The translations under genes were made by a program, and so were the position numbers. The notes beneath the pieces are model-generated. The model was not told the origin of the DNA, searched no databases, and saw only the letters and a list, made by a program, of their open reading frames with translations. 64,000 bases of DNA from Entomortierella parvispora E1425. Lineage: Eukaryota; Fungi; Mortierellomycota. Location of the stretch: positions 2,418,001 to 2,482,000 of the forward strand of contig BQFW01000007.1 in NCBI GenBank assembly GCA_020891255.1, read 5' to 3'. Shown piece by piece: positions 49,560-62,338 of the stretch; within the stretch, counting starts at the first letter, position 1; each line of letters starts with the position of its first letter.

Positions 49560-52508
49560 CTAGTACAGCATCTTTGCTCGAGCTCGAGCCTCGAGCAACT
49601 TTTCGACCTCGTGGCTAGCTGGATGCAGGCCATCATCCCTGGCAGCCTTGACTGTGTAATGTCTCAGGAGAGCATCGCGTCGTACGAAAGGTCGGTGACA
49701 GAAATCGCATGGCCAGGTCATCTCCTTGTGTTTCGAAGTCTGGTGCCGTTTCAAGTCATGAATCCGTCCAAACGACTCAAACGGGCAGAGCTCACATTTG
49801 AATGTCATGGATTCCGTCTGTGGATTGAAGACCATGATTGCACCTTCTGCCTTGTTCTTGATGACGTGAAGTGACGAAGAAGAGGAAGCAAACGCAGGCG
49901 ATGACTGGTGGAGGGAACGATGGACAACGGAATTGTGGCTACGGTGGTCATTGCCCCGATATTCCACGGAAGGTGGTCTCTGTCCTGGGTGGCGCTGTTG
50001 CTGAATATGATGGTTTTGGTGATTTTGTTGATGAGGATTGACTGCAATCGTGGATTGTTGATCAGACGATGAGGATCGATAGCCAGGTAGGCTCCAGGGC
50101 TGGGCAACATGAGTCGATTGCGGTTGCTTTGATGCAGAATGATGCTCAAACGAAATATGACTCTGCTCCGGCTGTTGATGTTGGGAAGGAGGATACGGGT
50201 CTCGATACATCGAATGCTGCTGCTGTGGAGCTTGCGCATGTCTGTGGATGTTGGGCTGAACTACAGAGCTGGAGCGGTTAGAAGGGTAGGGTGGAGGAAG
50301 GTACGTGCTGGGTGGATATGTTGGAGAGATGGATGACTCTGCCGAGAAGGAATGGTTCGAGGATTCACTGGAGGACGATGAAGAACTATAGAGCGGAGGT
50401 TCTATGAGTCCATGCGGACGACAGAAGTCATCCGTTGGTGGCGCTTTGATGCGAGGCAGTAGCTTCGTGAATCGATGGCGATGTGGATGATCATGGTGCT
50501 GCTCCTGTTGTTGTTGTGGCTGTTGGCTATCATACCAACTATGATGATCCTCTTCCTGTCCAAGCTCATCCTGTTCATCTCCCTGCAGGTAACCGTCCTT
50601 GCTAATCGGCGGTAATCGATGTTGCATGGGCGTCTGTGCGTTGCCATGCACGTAGTTTGACTCTTGGACGCTTTCCACTTTGGGCGATCTCAGCGACTGT
50701 GGCGAGAGGGAGAGCAAAGATCTTTGTGCGCCTAACTGTGGAGCACCTGTAGACAATCCAGGAGGGGAGAAGGGAGGGCTCGGTGATGGCGGATGTCGCT
50801 CGTACAGCGTCCTTTGAGCTTCGCTCATGTATCCAAAGCTTGGTGCTCGACGCATGGAGGGCGAAGGCGTGGGCGAAGACTGTCGTCTCTTGAGCAGGTT
50901 CGTTCCAGGGAGAGATCTAGGGTAGGGTGCCATCGGCAGATGTGGGCTGTCTGTCCTGGGTGCCGCGACTGCCATGGCTGCGTCTGGATCGGAGGGCGAG
51001 GTCAAGGGTGAGGCAGACAGAGGGCGAGAAGAAAGAGGGGAATGAGCATGGGGTTGCGCCACCAAAGGCCAGGAATGATGCTTACGATCTCGCTGGATTG
51101 TATGATCGGGACCGATAAGAACCGTGGATTTGTTTGCGACCCTTGCTGCTCCTGGCGTTGCGCCCAGGGTCGCGGCGGTGGCCATGGCCCCCCTGGCGCG
51201 CGGGAACGGATCCGTCCTGGCCACCCGCGCATGCTTTTTCTGTCGGTGGCTCTCCAGGGCCAAACCTCCTTCCTCGTCCTCGGCAAAGTCTGGACGGTAC
51301 ATCAAACGATGCTCAGATTGGGATCGACCCAGGGCTCGAAGAGATAGAGCCCTTGACTGCCCCTTTCCTTCTTCTTGGCGTCCATCGTTGTATTCGTACT
51401 CGTATCCATGTCTATCTGACCTCTTGGGTCGATCCTGGTCCCCCCTCCAACACATTTCCTCATCTCGACGGTAGTGTGGTTCGTCTTTACTGTGCCCGCC
51501 GTAAGAGTGTCGTTTCATGATTCTAGCCGGAACCATCGAACTTGGAGAAAGCGAGCTAGAGTGCTGAGACGAAGGAGATGAGGAAGGAGACCAACCGCGC
51601 TGCGGCTCACATTGATCCATGGCGCTGCTTGACTCTGATTTCAGCAGCTCAATCCGTTCTTGCTCTCCTCCCTCTTCCACTGGCTGTTGTCGTCCTCCTT
51701 GTTGCGTAGTCATCTCATCGATGTCCATGTCTGTCGCTGTGATAGGGGTTCTTTTTGGCAAAGATAAAGAAAAAGATGAGGATGATGACGAGGATGGGAT
51801 GACTTGCGAGTCAGAGACCGTGTCAGAGATGGGGGCTGGAGTGGGCGGTGCAGCTATTGTTGGCCCGACTGGTGGTGATTGTCGACCGTGCAGGACAGGG
51901 AAAGAGAGCGGGAGCGGCGAAGGCGGCGGATGGCTGTGGAGTGAATAATGTCTCTGTGGCACAAACGGGGATGGTGGCAAAGGCAACGGAGGGGACCCCG
52001 TGCGACCGTCGAATCCACTGCTGTTGTTATTGTTGTTGTTGTTGTTATTCTTGTTCTTATGGTGTAAGAATGGTGGCAAAGCGTGCTGATCTCGGCGGGG
52101 TCGCTGGAGATGAGCCTGTCTTTGGGACTGATTATATGAATATAAGGAAGAGGAAGGCGAGAAGGTCGAAGTCAAGGACAAAGACGATGAAGAAGGCTGG
52201 ATGATGAGACCAGGGCTACTGCTCTTGCTGCTGTTGTGTGGTACAGATGCTGAATCCCTTGACTGTTCGAATGCACAGTATCCCTCCTGGTACTGTTGGT
52301 GTTGGTGTTGATGATGATGATGATGATCATGATGTTGCTGTTGCTGTTGTTCGTGACAGTGGCTGCGAGAAAGGTGAGACTGGTGTGGAAGAGAGAAACG
52401 GTGGTGATGTGGATGAAGGTGATGGTGATGAGGAAGATGTTGGGAACTATGGTCTGCACGGGCGACCGCTGTGTCATTGCCTCCGATCTTACTGTTGTTG
52501 GCGAGCAT
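49560..52508 (-). CDS. Intronless C2H2 zinc-finger transcription factor with a long His/Gln/Ser/Pro-rich N-terminus
   Basis: C-terminal CELCPFESFGRIHDLKRHQTSKH and CDFCHRPFVRRDALLRH. The start is uncertain: ATG 52508 is preferred, but an in-frame ATG exists at 52895. Confidence 0.85.
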   Translation of the reverse strand: MLANNSKIGGNDTAVARADHSSQHLPHHHHLHPHHHRFSLPHQSHLSRSHCHEQQQQQHHDHHHHHQHQHQQYQEGYCAFEQSRDSASVPHNSSKSSSPGLIIQPSSSSLSLTSTFSPSSSLYSYNQSQRQAHLQRPRRDQHALPPFLHHKNKNNNNNNNNNSSGFDGRTGSPPLPLPPSPFVPQRHYSLHSHPPPSPLPLSFPVLHGRQSPPVGPTIAAPPTPAPISDTVSDSQVIPSSSSSSSFSLSLPKRTPITATDMDIDEMTTQQGGRQQPVEEGGEQERIELLKSESSSAMDQCEPQRGWSPSSSPSSQHSSSLSPSSMVPARIMKRHSYGGHSKDEPHYRRDEEMCWRGDQDRPKRSDRHGYEYEYNDGRQEEGKGQSRALSLRALGRSQSEHRLMYRPDFAEDEEGGLALESHRQKKHARVARTDPFPRARGAMATAATLGATPGAARVANKSTVLIGPDHTIQRDRKHHSWPLVAQPHAHSPLSSRPLSASPLTSPSDPDAAMAVAAPRTDSPHLPMAPYPRSLPGTNLLKRRQSSPTPSPSMRRAPSFGYMSEAQRTLYERHPPSPSPPFSPPGLSTGAPQLGAQRSLLSLSPQSLRSPKVESVQESNYVHGNAQTPMQHRLPPISKDGYLQGDEQDELGQEEDHHSWYDSQQPQQQQEQHHDHPHRHRFTKLLPRIKAPPTDDFCRPHGLIEPPLYSSSSSSSESSNHSFSAESSISPTYPPSTYLPPPYPSNRSSSVVQPNIHRHAQAPQQQHSMYRDPYPPSQHQQPEQSHISFEHHSASKQPQSTHVAQPWSLPGYRSSSSDQQSTIAVNPHQQNHQNHHIQQQRHPGQRPPSVEYRGNDHRSHNSVVHRSLHQSSPAFASSSSSLHVIKNKAEGAIMVFNPQTESMTFKCELCPFESFGRIHDLKRHQTSKHKEMTWPCDFCHRPFVRRDALLRHYTVKAARDDGLHPASHEVEKLLEARARAKMLY

Positions 52509-54024
52509 GAGGTTCGTTGGCTGCTGTGAGGAGGAGAAGGGAAGGGAAGGAAAGGGGGCCGAACGGGCGAGGGTAAGGGTGAGGGTGAAGGTGAGGGTAG
52601 GAAAGAGAAAGAAAGAGAGAGGGTGACGACGGAGAGTGAGATGCAAAGAGATTGACGAGAGGAAAGAAGAGAGTACAAAAACGGACGCGTCGCGTTTGAA
52701 GGGATCAACGAAAGGGACAGAGATGGGTGGAATGTGCGGGTGGTGGGTGCAGGAAGGGAACAGAGCAAGACAAAGGGAGAGTATAGATCGGCAGGACCAG
52801 AGGAAAAAACTCAGGTGGTGGTGGTGGTCGTGGTCGTGGTGGGGCGGTGGCTGAAGATCCTGCGTGTCCGGGGTCACCGTGCCGTGATGTGGCACAGATG
52901 GGCTATTTTTTCCTCTTTGTTTCCTTGGTCTATGGGTTCTACCAGTGTGTCTGCAAAGAAGAAAAGGCGAAAGAGAAGCAAAGACGGCGACCCCTTTGTC
53001 CCTGTTGTGGTTCCTGAAGGCTGACGGCGGAAAGGAGGATCAGGATTGGAATGTAGAAAGGAGGGATGGGGTGCAGAGAAAATGAGATGGGACGAGGGTG
53101 GTGCCCTGATGGCGATAGGATGTGGGCCAGGTGGTTATGCAATGCAGCCAAGCAGAGAAAGAGAGAAATAGAAAATGACAAAGGATAAAGAAACAAGATA
53201 CAATCAAGGGCCCCGTCATCAATGGGCCCAGGCGGCGGTGGTGGTGGTGGGGAAGAGTTGATCTTGGGAGACAAGAGGCAAAGATAGGACTGAACACAAA
53301 GGGAAAAAAGCAAAAAAGAGCCAGGGACACACGCACGGGCGAGCGGGTGAAGTGATGATGCAGGGGATCCGAACGAGGGGGAGGGGGAGTGGACAGGCAA
53401 TCCAGATACAATGGGCAGACGGCGAAAGAGGGACAGAGACCGAGACTAATGGCAGCTGGCAGAGAGAGAACACGAGAGGGATCAAGAAAAAAAGGAGGCC
53501 CCAATCCTTTTATACCGCCGTCTGGCTTTTGCCACCAATCGCCATGTTTGCTTTTGCTTTTGCTTCGCCACCAAAATGGTGCATGCAAGCATGCATGCAT
53601 TGCATTGCATCCTTTGCCATGGGCGCAGGGGCAATGGCATGTCAGGCAAGCATTGGGACTCGGCAATGGTGGTTCCCGTAGTGGTGGGAGTGGGGATGGG
53701 TGGATGGGTGAGGATGCACGCTTCTTCCCTCGACACTCTGTCGCCCACTGGGCATGCATCGGAGCGAGCAGACGAGACCGGAATCGGTCCTTTGATCTAA
53801 CATTCCTCCGTCTGCTACTCCTTCGGTCGACACTTCTCAAGTTCAAACAGGACAGTGCCACTGCAATGGAACAAAGGAGGTTCATGATCTGTCCACCCAT
53901 GCCAACTTCCTCCTTTCTTTCGTGTGACAAACATAATCATCCCAGTGGCCAAAGTGTATTTTTATTTGAAAGTAGCTGCCCCAATATCCACACCCGCAGC
54001 GCAGCGTTCTTGATCTTCGACTCA

Positions 54025-57000
54025 TCACTCCAAGTCGATCGAATACGGAAGCAACCTCAATGCCGCGCGCGCAAGATACGCAAACGTGCCCTCTTTTCCT
54101 TCCTGCGGCAAGTCATAGAACATTCTTCTTGCCAAGCTCTCGTGGTGCTCGAACCCAACCTCGATCTTGGGAGCAACAACAGCGGTCGCGGCACCTTTGA
54201 TCGATGACGCAGATGACGCCGAAAAGGACGCGGCTCCAAGAGCTGATCCGGGGGCACCACCAGGAACACTATGTCCACGACCACCTGGTCCATTCACGAC
54301 CCACTTTGTCCAAAACTTGCTCATGGCCTCTCTCATAATCAAAGGCAAATCGATCACCTCTGGTTGAACCTCCATTCCTGGATTTCGGTCCTCAATCTTG
54401 GCAATGACCATCAACGTCTCGACTGCAATCTGTCTCTCAGCTGGGTCTAGGATCACCCCCAAGAAGTTCTCTACCGCCAACGCAAAATTGAATTCTTCCG
54501 GCGTCTTTTCGGAGACGATTGGATCCCGCGGCAATACGTGAGTTTCCACTTTGAATCCAGCAGATCGGGACAGGATGCGCCAGACTCGAGGATAAAACTT
54601 GTCAGGAACACGGTTCAACGACCCATCGTTCTTACGACGTCGCAACCAACGGCCCGACGAATTTGGTACAAAGGCTGCAATGGCGGAGGGGGAAGGGAAC
54701 GCCTCTTCGACATCGGCTTTGGCCTTGTATTTGTTCAGGTCTATGGTTCTCTCGATTACAGGTGTAGGACCATCCTTGAATCCTTTGTGAGCCTCGACCG
54801 CCTTGCCCGGTTCTCCTCCTGTGAAGACCAAATCAAAGTTAGATACTGGAAAAGACATTCATTTCGACCACATAGCATAGGTTCAATTGCTCCACTTACC
54901 CTTTTCGCCGATCATGCACCAAGAGTCGCGGTATTTGAGCAAGCCAAGACTTTCACTGCCGAGCTGCTTCAAGGCCAATCGGGCAGCGCTACTCAGGTGC
55001 TCATAGCAATCGTCCTTCGCGCTGCAGACGACAATCATACCCGGTTGCAACCAGTCCACGAGACGCGCCAAGTCATCACTCTCATCTTCCGAGATATGGG
55101 TATCAAACGACACGGATTCGATCAAAACGCCTTGAACGGGATCAATAACCACCATGTTAATACCACGCGAGGATACAGACATGGTGCTCTCGTTGATTAA
55201 AATCTTTGAAAAGTTGCCAGAATGGTATCCGCCTGATTGGACCTTAATCGTCACCTCAGTTGACCCCTGACCGAGATTGGGGATTGGAACTGCACCCAAA
55301 GAGACCGAAGTGCCTGACGATGCAATATTCTTGGATACGTTACCGTCTCCAACTCCTTCGCCAGGAAGAGATGTCAAGGGACGACGGCCGGACATGGTAG
55401 GACTCAACCTTCCAGACGATTGGTTTCTCAGCAGAGTGTTTGTGGCATTGGCACTCAAAGTTGGACCGGACAGAACCGTTCCCAAGAGGGACTTGAGCTC
55501 AAATGGCGACAACTGCATCAAGTGTTCCACAGCTTCGGCTTCGTCACAACTATTGAGGCGAGAGATCTCTTCCCGCAACGCAATGATCAAGAAGTGTGTC
55601 CTCAGCCGCATGATTCCCTCAAACATCTCTGGGTCCGCTCTAATGAATGATCCGAGATAGATCAGAACCTCCTGGACCACAGGCCCCTCACGAACATCGT
55701 CAAAGTTTCCATCGTCGTAGATCATACGACTGAGGACATCTGGCCCCAGAGGACTATTGATAAAGTGCTCCGAGGGTGCTGATCCGATCGTCACCTGTTT
55801 CTGACGAATTACAAGATCTGTAATGTTGATGGTCAGCGAGTTGACAACCTTGGTGAGCAATCCTGCAGCTTGTCGGACGATCGACCACAGCTTCAGTTGC
55901 AAGGACTTGAAGTACACTTCTTCCAAAAGCGTCTGAACAGTAGCATCAAGAGCATTGACGAAATAGTCAGCTCCTTGACAGGACAGCAAGTACTGCAATA
56001 AATCTATAGAGGGAGTGATGTCAGTCAAAGATGGGTCCAACATTGCCATTTTCCTTGTAAGCAGAGGCTTTTGATTTTAACCTTACCAACTTGATCATAA
56101 AGGTTAACTGAGATAGACAGCATGTTCTGAGCAGCCTTCATGTTGGATGGGTCACCCAGGGTCAACCCCAAGCTGTCCATGCTGCCATCAGGAGAGCCAT
56201 CCTCAAAGTCGTCGTCGTCGCCTAATGGGAACGCACTTTCCAGCGCATGGATGGAAGGCCCCTCCGAAATCTCGAGGTTGACAAGGTCCGGAGTCAAAAT
56301 ACCCGACTGGAGAGCTGGATTGCTTCCCTTTCGAGTAACGCGTTGCTCCTCATGATCCTTGAGCTTAAAGGCCTTGGCTTGACCACCTTTCTTGGAACGC
56401 CTCGATGTTATATAAGGCTCTGAAGGCTCTGCAGCCTGGGCATGAGGTGACATTGACGTAAAGGCGTGGACAGTGACCTCAGAAGCCGTACGAGAATGGG
56501 ATCCAAAGTAATAGTCACCCTCCAACTCATTGTTGACAGCTGGCATAACAAGCGATGCGAAGGAATAAATTGAGCCAGCCACAGAGGGCTGGCGACGCAT
56601 AGACCAGCGATGGTTGCCAGGTGTTCTGCTACCGGATGCTCCAGGGGTGGCAGCCTGGGTCTGTCGCTCGTTGAGTCCCAGTTTTCTGGCATTGCGACTC
56701 TTGCGGCGGTCGGCCGCTCCTCGAAGGATGCCCAACCAGTCAATATCCTTCTTGGTGACCAAAAAGTCAAGCGACTCGATGCAGGAGGTATTGACCATCT
56801 CACTCAATCGACCGAGTCGGACACGGACATTGTTGCAAACACCGCTCCGGAGGGTCATGAAGAAATTGAGTAGGTTCCGCTTATTGTCTTTTTGAGGATT
56901 GGATCCGAGAGAGGTCTTTCGCCAGGTAGTCAGACGTTGAGCCTCGGCATCTGTCTGAGATGCAAACGTGCGCGATTTTGACAAACCACCCAGCATGGCA

Positions 57001-59514
57001 TGGGTGAGCAAAACAACCATTGTTGGACGTCCTGGGTATTCCCAATATTGACGTACAAACGCCAACTCTTGTTCAAAGATGGAGATCAAATAGTCGTTGT
57101 CGCTTGTCAGGTAGAACTCCTCGTTGTCCATGAAATGAGGCGTGAACGCGTAGAGGTGACCCTGGACTCGGTAAAGACGCGATGTCCCAAGAGATCCAAC
57201 GGGGCGTTTAGGTCGACCCGAAAGACCCAACTTTGAGTTCCTGCCTAACGCTCCATAGACCTCCTTGAGACCCTGTGGATGACTGACGGTGATGGGGTGG
57301 ACCTGATCCATGGTCTGAGTTTCAAGACCATACATGTTGAGCATGCTTTGAAGATTGGCATCTTCGGCCAAGAGAACGACTTGAACAACTGTGTCGTTTG
57401 ACTGGGTCTTGCGAGCATTGAATCGACGGCCCAAAGGATCAATCTCGGCAACACTGAGAAGATTCTCATAAATGAGATTTCCAAGGGTGTGAAGAGAGTT
57501 TGCCCAGACCAGAGGCAGGTTGTCGTTGGCCACGCGCGCCTGAGAGTGGTTGTTTTTCTTCTCGGCATCCACCAAGTGATTGGGCACATAGTAGAGCTCG
57601 GGGATAAGTGGAATATGCTCTGGAAGTTTTCCCTCGCTGTTACTAGCAGGCGTGGCGAATCCAGGGGAGGTTGGTGTCTTTGGGCTGCGTCCACCATCGC
57701 TCTCAGACATATTGTCGGCAATGTACTGACCAAAATCAATCAGCGTGGCCGAATCGATGATCAAGGGTTCCAATTTGGCTCTGTATTCCTCCACCTGGTC
57801 TTCGTTCTCGCTGAAAAGTCCATCGAGAATAAAGTACGTGAAGAACAATGGCCACTCGCACTCGATGTTTTCAAAGATCTTGAGTTCCTGCGCATCATAA
57901 TGAAGGCGCGAGGTGTCTATTTCGAATGGAAACATCAGAGTTAGAATTACTGATTAAAGCAGATCATTCCATAGCAGCATCCTGTATGGGGCGTGGTTTC
58001 TTACTCTCGAGTACAGTCTGGTGGCCGTCTCGAAGGAATCGCTTGCATCCATATTTGCCACCAAGCTTTTCCACAATCTCGTCCCGAGTACGCTTGACTA
58101 GCTTGGCATCTCCGACTGCAAAGGCAGGGAATCCAATCACAGAAAGAAGAGCGGCATCAATCTCCTTCGAATTGGACTCTCTTGGAAGCGCTGAATGGAG
58201 GGTGGTGTAGTTGCGGGTGATTTCGTCGGGTAAGACGTGGATGACCTACAAGAAGAAGTCAAAGTTAGAAACCGTCCAACCATGATGAAACTTTGATACC
58301 TGTTCATGGGCCTTTGGCAGCTTACTGAGCTTGCGCCACCTCTGGATCCAAAGAGATTAATGCCGTTGATGGCCTGCAACGCGGCAACAGCCATTCCAAT
58401 GGAGGAAGAGTTCAACTCTGGTTCACCGTGATTGATTTTGTTGCCTCTCTCCCAGATACCGTAGTCCGGAGTGCGGTACGCCCGTTCAATGTAAAAGACC
58501 AAGTTTTGAATAAAGTCAACCTCATCGGTTGTGTAGACGATTAGCATCCCAGAGGCCGTCATCTGAGCCAAGGCCAACAAAAAGATCGACGTTGCGTCGA
58601 TCTGCAGATGACCCCACTCCGAATCACCCACGACTGTGTCACCAGTCGCGGTATTGTATTTCGCATGAAGACAATCGTTTAGCCCCTGCGTGCGCTTGAA
58701 CTGTTCAATCTTTGGAGCCTGACGCATCATGCAAAAAAGCAATCCTCGCATCAGCTTGACCACAGCATGCTCGAGCTCGTCTATTTTTTTTTTTTTTTTT
58801 GAAAAAGAAGAACGTCAGTGTTTGCGCCATACCCGTCGGACGCGTCGTTGTGCCCGCAATCGCTGCCCTACACAAGGCTCACGGCGCACAAAGGTGGAAA
58901 TGACGACAAGGTTTTTTTTTTTTTTTCACCAATGTTGGGGCAGCGAAAAGGTGGTCGATGCACGTTTTCGCGCAGGGGCACAATGGTGGCCTTATCGCCG
59001 ATCCACTCAGAGGCTGATAAGAAATATATGAAATGCCCTCCGTACAACCCGTCATGACACCATGGGTCATTCCCTCATTCCCACAGAGTGTGTTCACACA
59101 GGCCAAAACTCACCCATGATTAACCTCATCCTACGGTCCACCTATTCCCCCCCCCCCCCACCACCACCACCACCACTAATAGTCGTACTTACAAGAGCGG
59201 CCTTCATCATCATCGACGCGACGGTACGCAAGAGCAAGGCCAAAGACAGCCATGATCGAGTACACATTATCTCTAGGAACCACCGAGTGAATAAATATGA
59301 GCACATGTGTTCGAGGCGTAGGCTCTGCATTTGACAAAGATCCTTGATCTTCTTACCGAACCCAGGCATCTCGATAGTCTCCGTGAGTGGTCACAGCGAC
59401 CGAGGCGGGGATCAAGCCGGTGGTTGGATTCTGGCGGTTGAGGATAACCGCATTGACCGAGCGATAGTAGAAATCGAGTCTCTTTCTCACGCTAGCCTGA
59501 GAATGGTACTGCAT
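54025..59514 (-). CDS. Phosphorylase kinase regulatory subunit alpha-like protein (GH15-like fold) with an inserted ILEI/PANDER-like domain, multi-exon
   Basis: [88 protein letters not shown], and the C-terminal [15 protein letters not shown] all match recalled PHKA motifs in order. Confidence 0.9.
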
Positions 59515-60262
59515 CGAGTCGAGTCGAGTGGATAGAATGGTGGACGAGTAATGGGTCAGTGAATGGGCAAACGAGTGAATGAGAATGAACGGACCCCGGA
59601 ATGAAACGAATGTGAATCGGTCAAGACGAGGCGAGAAGTGGAAGGAGAGAGACAAAGACAAAGAGAAAGAGAAACAAAGAGACAAGGAAACAAAGGGAGA
59701 GGGGAAAGAAAAGGAAAAGCAGGGCAGCGAAGGGGACGAGATCGCAATGCGCACGCGCCTTCTGCTCTGTGCGGTGGTTGCAGCGTCACGGACTGGCCGT
59801 GTCCCTGCGATGCACTCCAGTGAAAATGTGAAAATGGCACTGATCGAAGCTAAAAAGAAAAAAGACGTTTCTCCAGGGTCGACTCTCCTCAGTCGCGTCC
59901 TGGTCGCGTGGGTTTCGTTCGGCCTTGGTAGCGTCATGGAGGCTCACTCCTCCTGCCCTTGCGTCCCCTTCCCTCCCCTTCCCTGGCGCGTTTTTACGAT
60001 CGCAACAACACCTGCCTGTCACAATGCGACTACCACCCTGCCCTCGATTCCTCAAGTGTCTTACTTTTCAAGCCCGGATTGGAATGGATCTGATCGGGTG
60101 TCGCAGCGACGCGTTCCTCCTTTTTTTCCCTAAATTACTTTTGCCTCCCTCTCCCTCCGCCGCCAACTTCTTTCTCAACAGGTCATTCTTCCCTCACATC
60201 TGTCTTACCATACCTTCCCTTCCCTCCCTCCTTCTTAATAAATTCATCGCCACCCGAACCAA

Positions 60263-62338
60263 ATGAGGCTCTTCAAAGCCCTGGCCGCCATGGCGCTGCT
60301 GCTTCCAGCAGTTGTCCGAGCTCAACGGCTTATTGGATACTATGGCAAGGTATATCCGAAAATCGCTTCAGATCTCGATGGCATCTTTAAAACATCTTCC
60401 AATCCTAACTCTTCTCTCCACCTCTTTTTTGAATGAAAACGAAAACAATTCGATGCCATTATATCAATAGACGGTGGGAGAGTGCTCCGACCGCCCAACC
60501 TTCCAACCGAAAGACCTCCCCATAGACTTGTACACACATCTGAACTTCGCGTTCGCTTTGATCAACAACCAAGGAGTCATTTCCATCCAAGCCGATAAGG
60601 ATCTACCACTTTACAGGGAGTTGAATGACCTGAAGAAGAAAAAGCCAAGTCTTCGCACAGCTGTCACGGTTGGTAAGGATCTCTCTTTTTGACCCCCCCG
60701 CGTGTCAGTCAAAATTTTACGAATGTGTTCACCGGGGACGTGGTATTTATATTTGACAAATACATAAATGCACGTTGTCTGTTGGAATGAATAGGTGGAT
60801 GGGATATGGACATGGCCCACTATTCAAAGATGGTCTCCACTCCTGATAACCGTGCAAAGTTCATCAACTCCGCCATTGCGTTTGTGCGCTATCATGGATT
60901 CGATGGCCTCGATTTTGATTGGGAATAGTATGTTCTCATCAATGCTGTGTTCAAGTCTTCCTCTCATCAGTGGGACGGAAAAAAAAAAAGAAAGGTATCC
61001 TGTAAGGCTGACGCTTGACATCGTGACTACTTGACCCATAGCCCATCAGACAAGCTTAGAGGAGGACATGACAATGATCCTCAGAACTTTGTCACTTTTA
61101 TGAAGGAGATGCGCGCGGCTGCAAACTCGGAACAACTCAAGGATGGTCACGAGCGATTGATCTTGAGTATTGCCTTGCCTGGAGGACCCTTCCATGGTGA
61201 TTACTTTTTGGTTCCCAAGTTAGCAGAGTATGGTAAGAATGAATACAATTCGCTGATGCAGCCCCAGGACAAAGCTTTTTGCTGCCAAGTTTCCTAACTA
61301 CGCGGTATTTTTTTTTTTTTTTCAGTCGATTGGTTCAACATCATGGCATATAATTTGCACGGGTAAGACTGACAAGAATCATCGCATCCACCATCCATAC
61401 CCCCACGTCTACCAGAAACCTACATTCATTTATCAGGTATTTACAACTCTTTACTAAACTTACGATTTCTTTTTTTCTTTTTCCACAGGTTTTGGGAAAA
61501 GATGGTTTTTTGTGCCGCTCCCTTGAACGACCCTGCTCTCAACACTGAGTACAAAGGCTACTCTCTCGTAGACGCTGTCACATCCATGGCACCCAAATCC
61601 GTTAATCCCAAAAAGTTCAACCTTGGTCTTTCCCTCTCGGGTGTTACCTTCACCCTCAAGGACAAGAAGAAGACCGCTCCAGGCTCGCCCGCCAACGGTC
61701 CCGGAAAGGAAGGATGTCAAGAAAAGGGAGCCATGGCTTACTTTGAGGTCAAAGAGCTGACCAACAATTTGCAAATTTCAGACGTCAAGGACCGCGCTCC
61801 CGATGCCTTTCATCGTGTCGTCACACAAGCCCCCAAGATGGATGAGCTCTCGAAATGCATGTACATGGTCATCAACAATGATCAATGGATCGGCTATGAT
61901 ACACCTGAGACCTTCGCTTATAAGGTTGATTATCTCAAGAACTACGGATTCGGAGGCGTGAGTATCTGGTCTATGGACAGTGACACTTCCAATCACGAAC
62001 TCACAAACTCGATCCACGACTCTCTGCACAAGGGACACGTACAGGATGCGCCTAAGGATGAGAAAAAGGTGCCAGCGGCGCCCCCCAAAGATGCCCAGCC
62101 CAAGGCGCCAGTGGTTGATACAAATACACCAAAGGCACCTGTTCAGACTGTCAAGCCAGTTGAGAAGCCAGTTGAGAAGCCAGTTGAGAAGCCTGTTGAG
62201 AAGCCTGTTGAGAAGCCTGTTGAGAAGCCTGCTGAGAAGCCAAAGGAAACGCCTGCCAGCTCAGCTTCGCGATTTACTCACGATGACTTCTCCCTGTTGG
62301 CATTGGCCATTGTGAGTCTCAGAATCTTGATTGTATAG
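60263..62338 (+). CDS. GH18 chitinase with signal peptide, Lys/Pro-rich stalk and hydrophobic GPI-type tail, multi-exon
   Basis: MRLFKALAAMALLLPAVVRA, THLNFAFA, TVG|GW, intact catalytic FDGLDFDWEY, MAYNLHG, WIGYDTPE, GGVSIWSMDSD. Confidence 0.92.
62153..62242 (+). repeat. 12-nt tandem repeat x7 encoding (KPVE)6-KPAE
   Basis: aagccagttgag x3, aagcctgttgag x3, aagcctgctgag x1. Confidence 0.95.

Noticed and set aside
28170-59514. Glycogen-related cluster of the HAD sugar phosphatase and the phosphorylase-kinase-like gene
   Set aside because: The genes are about 25 kb apart with five unrelated genes between them, so there is no evidence of clustering.
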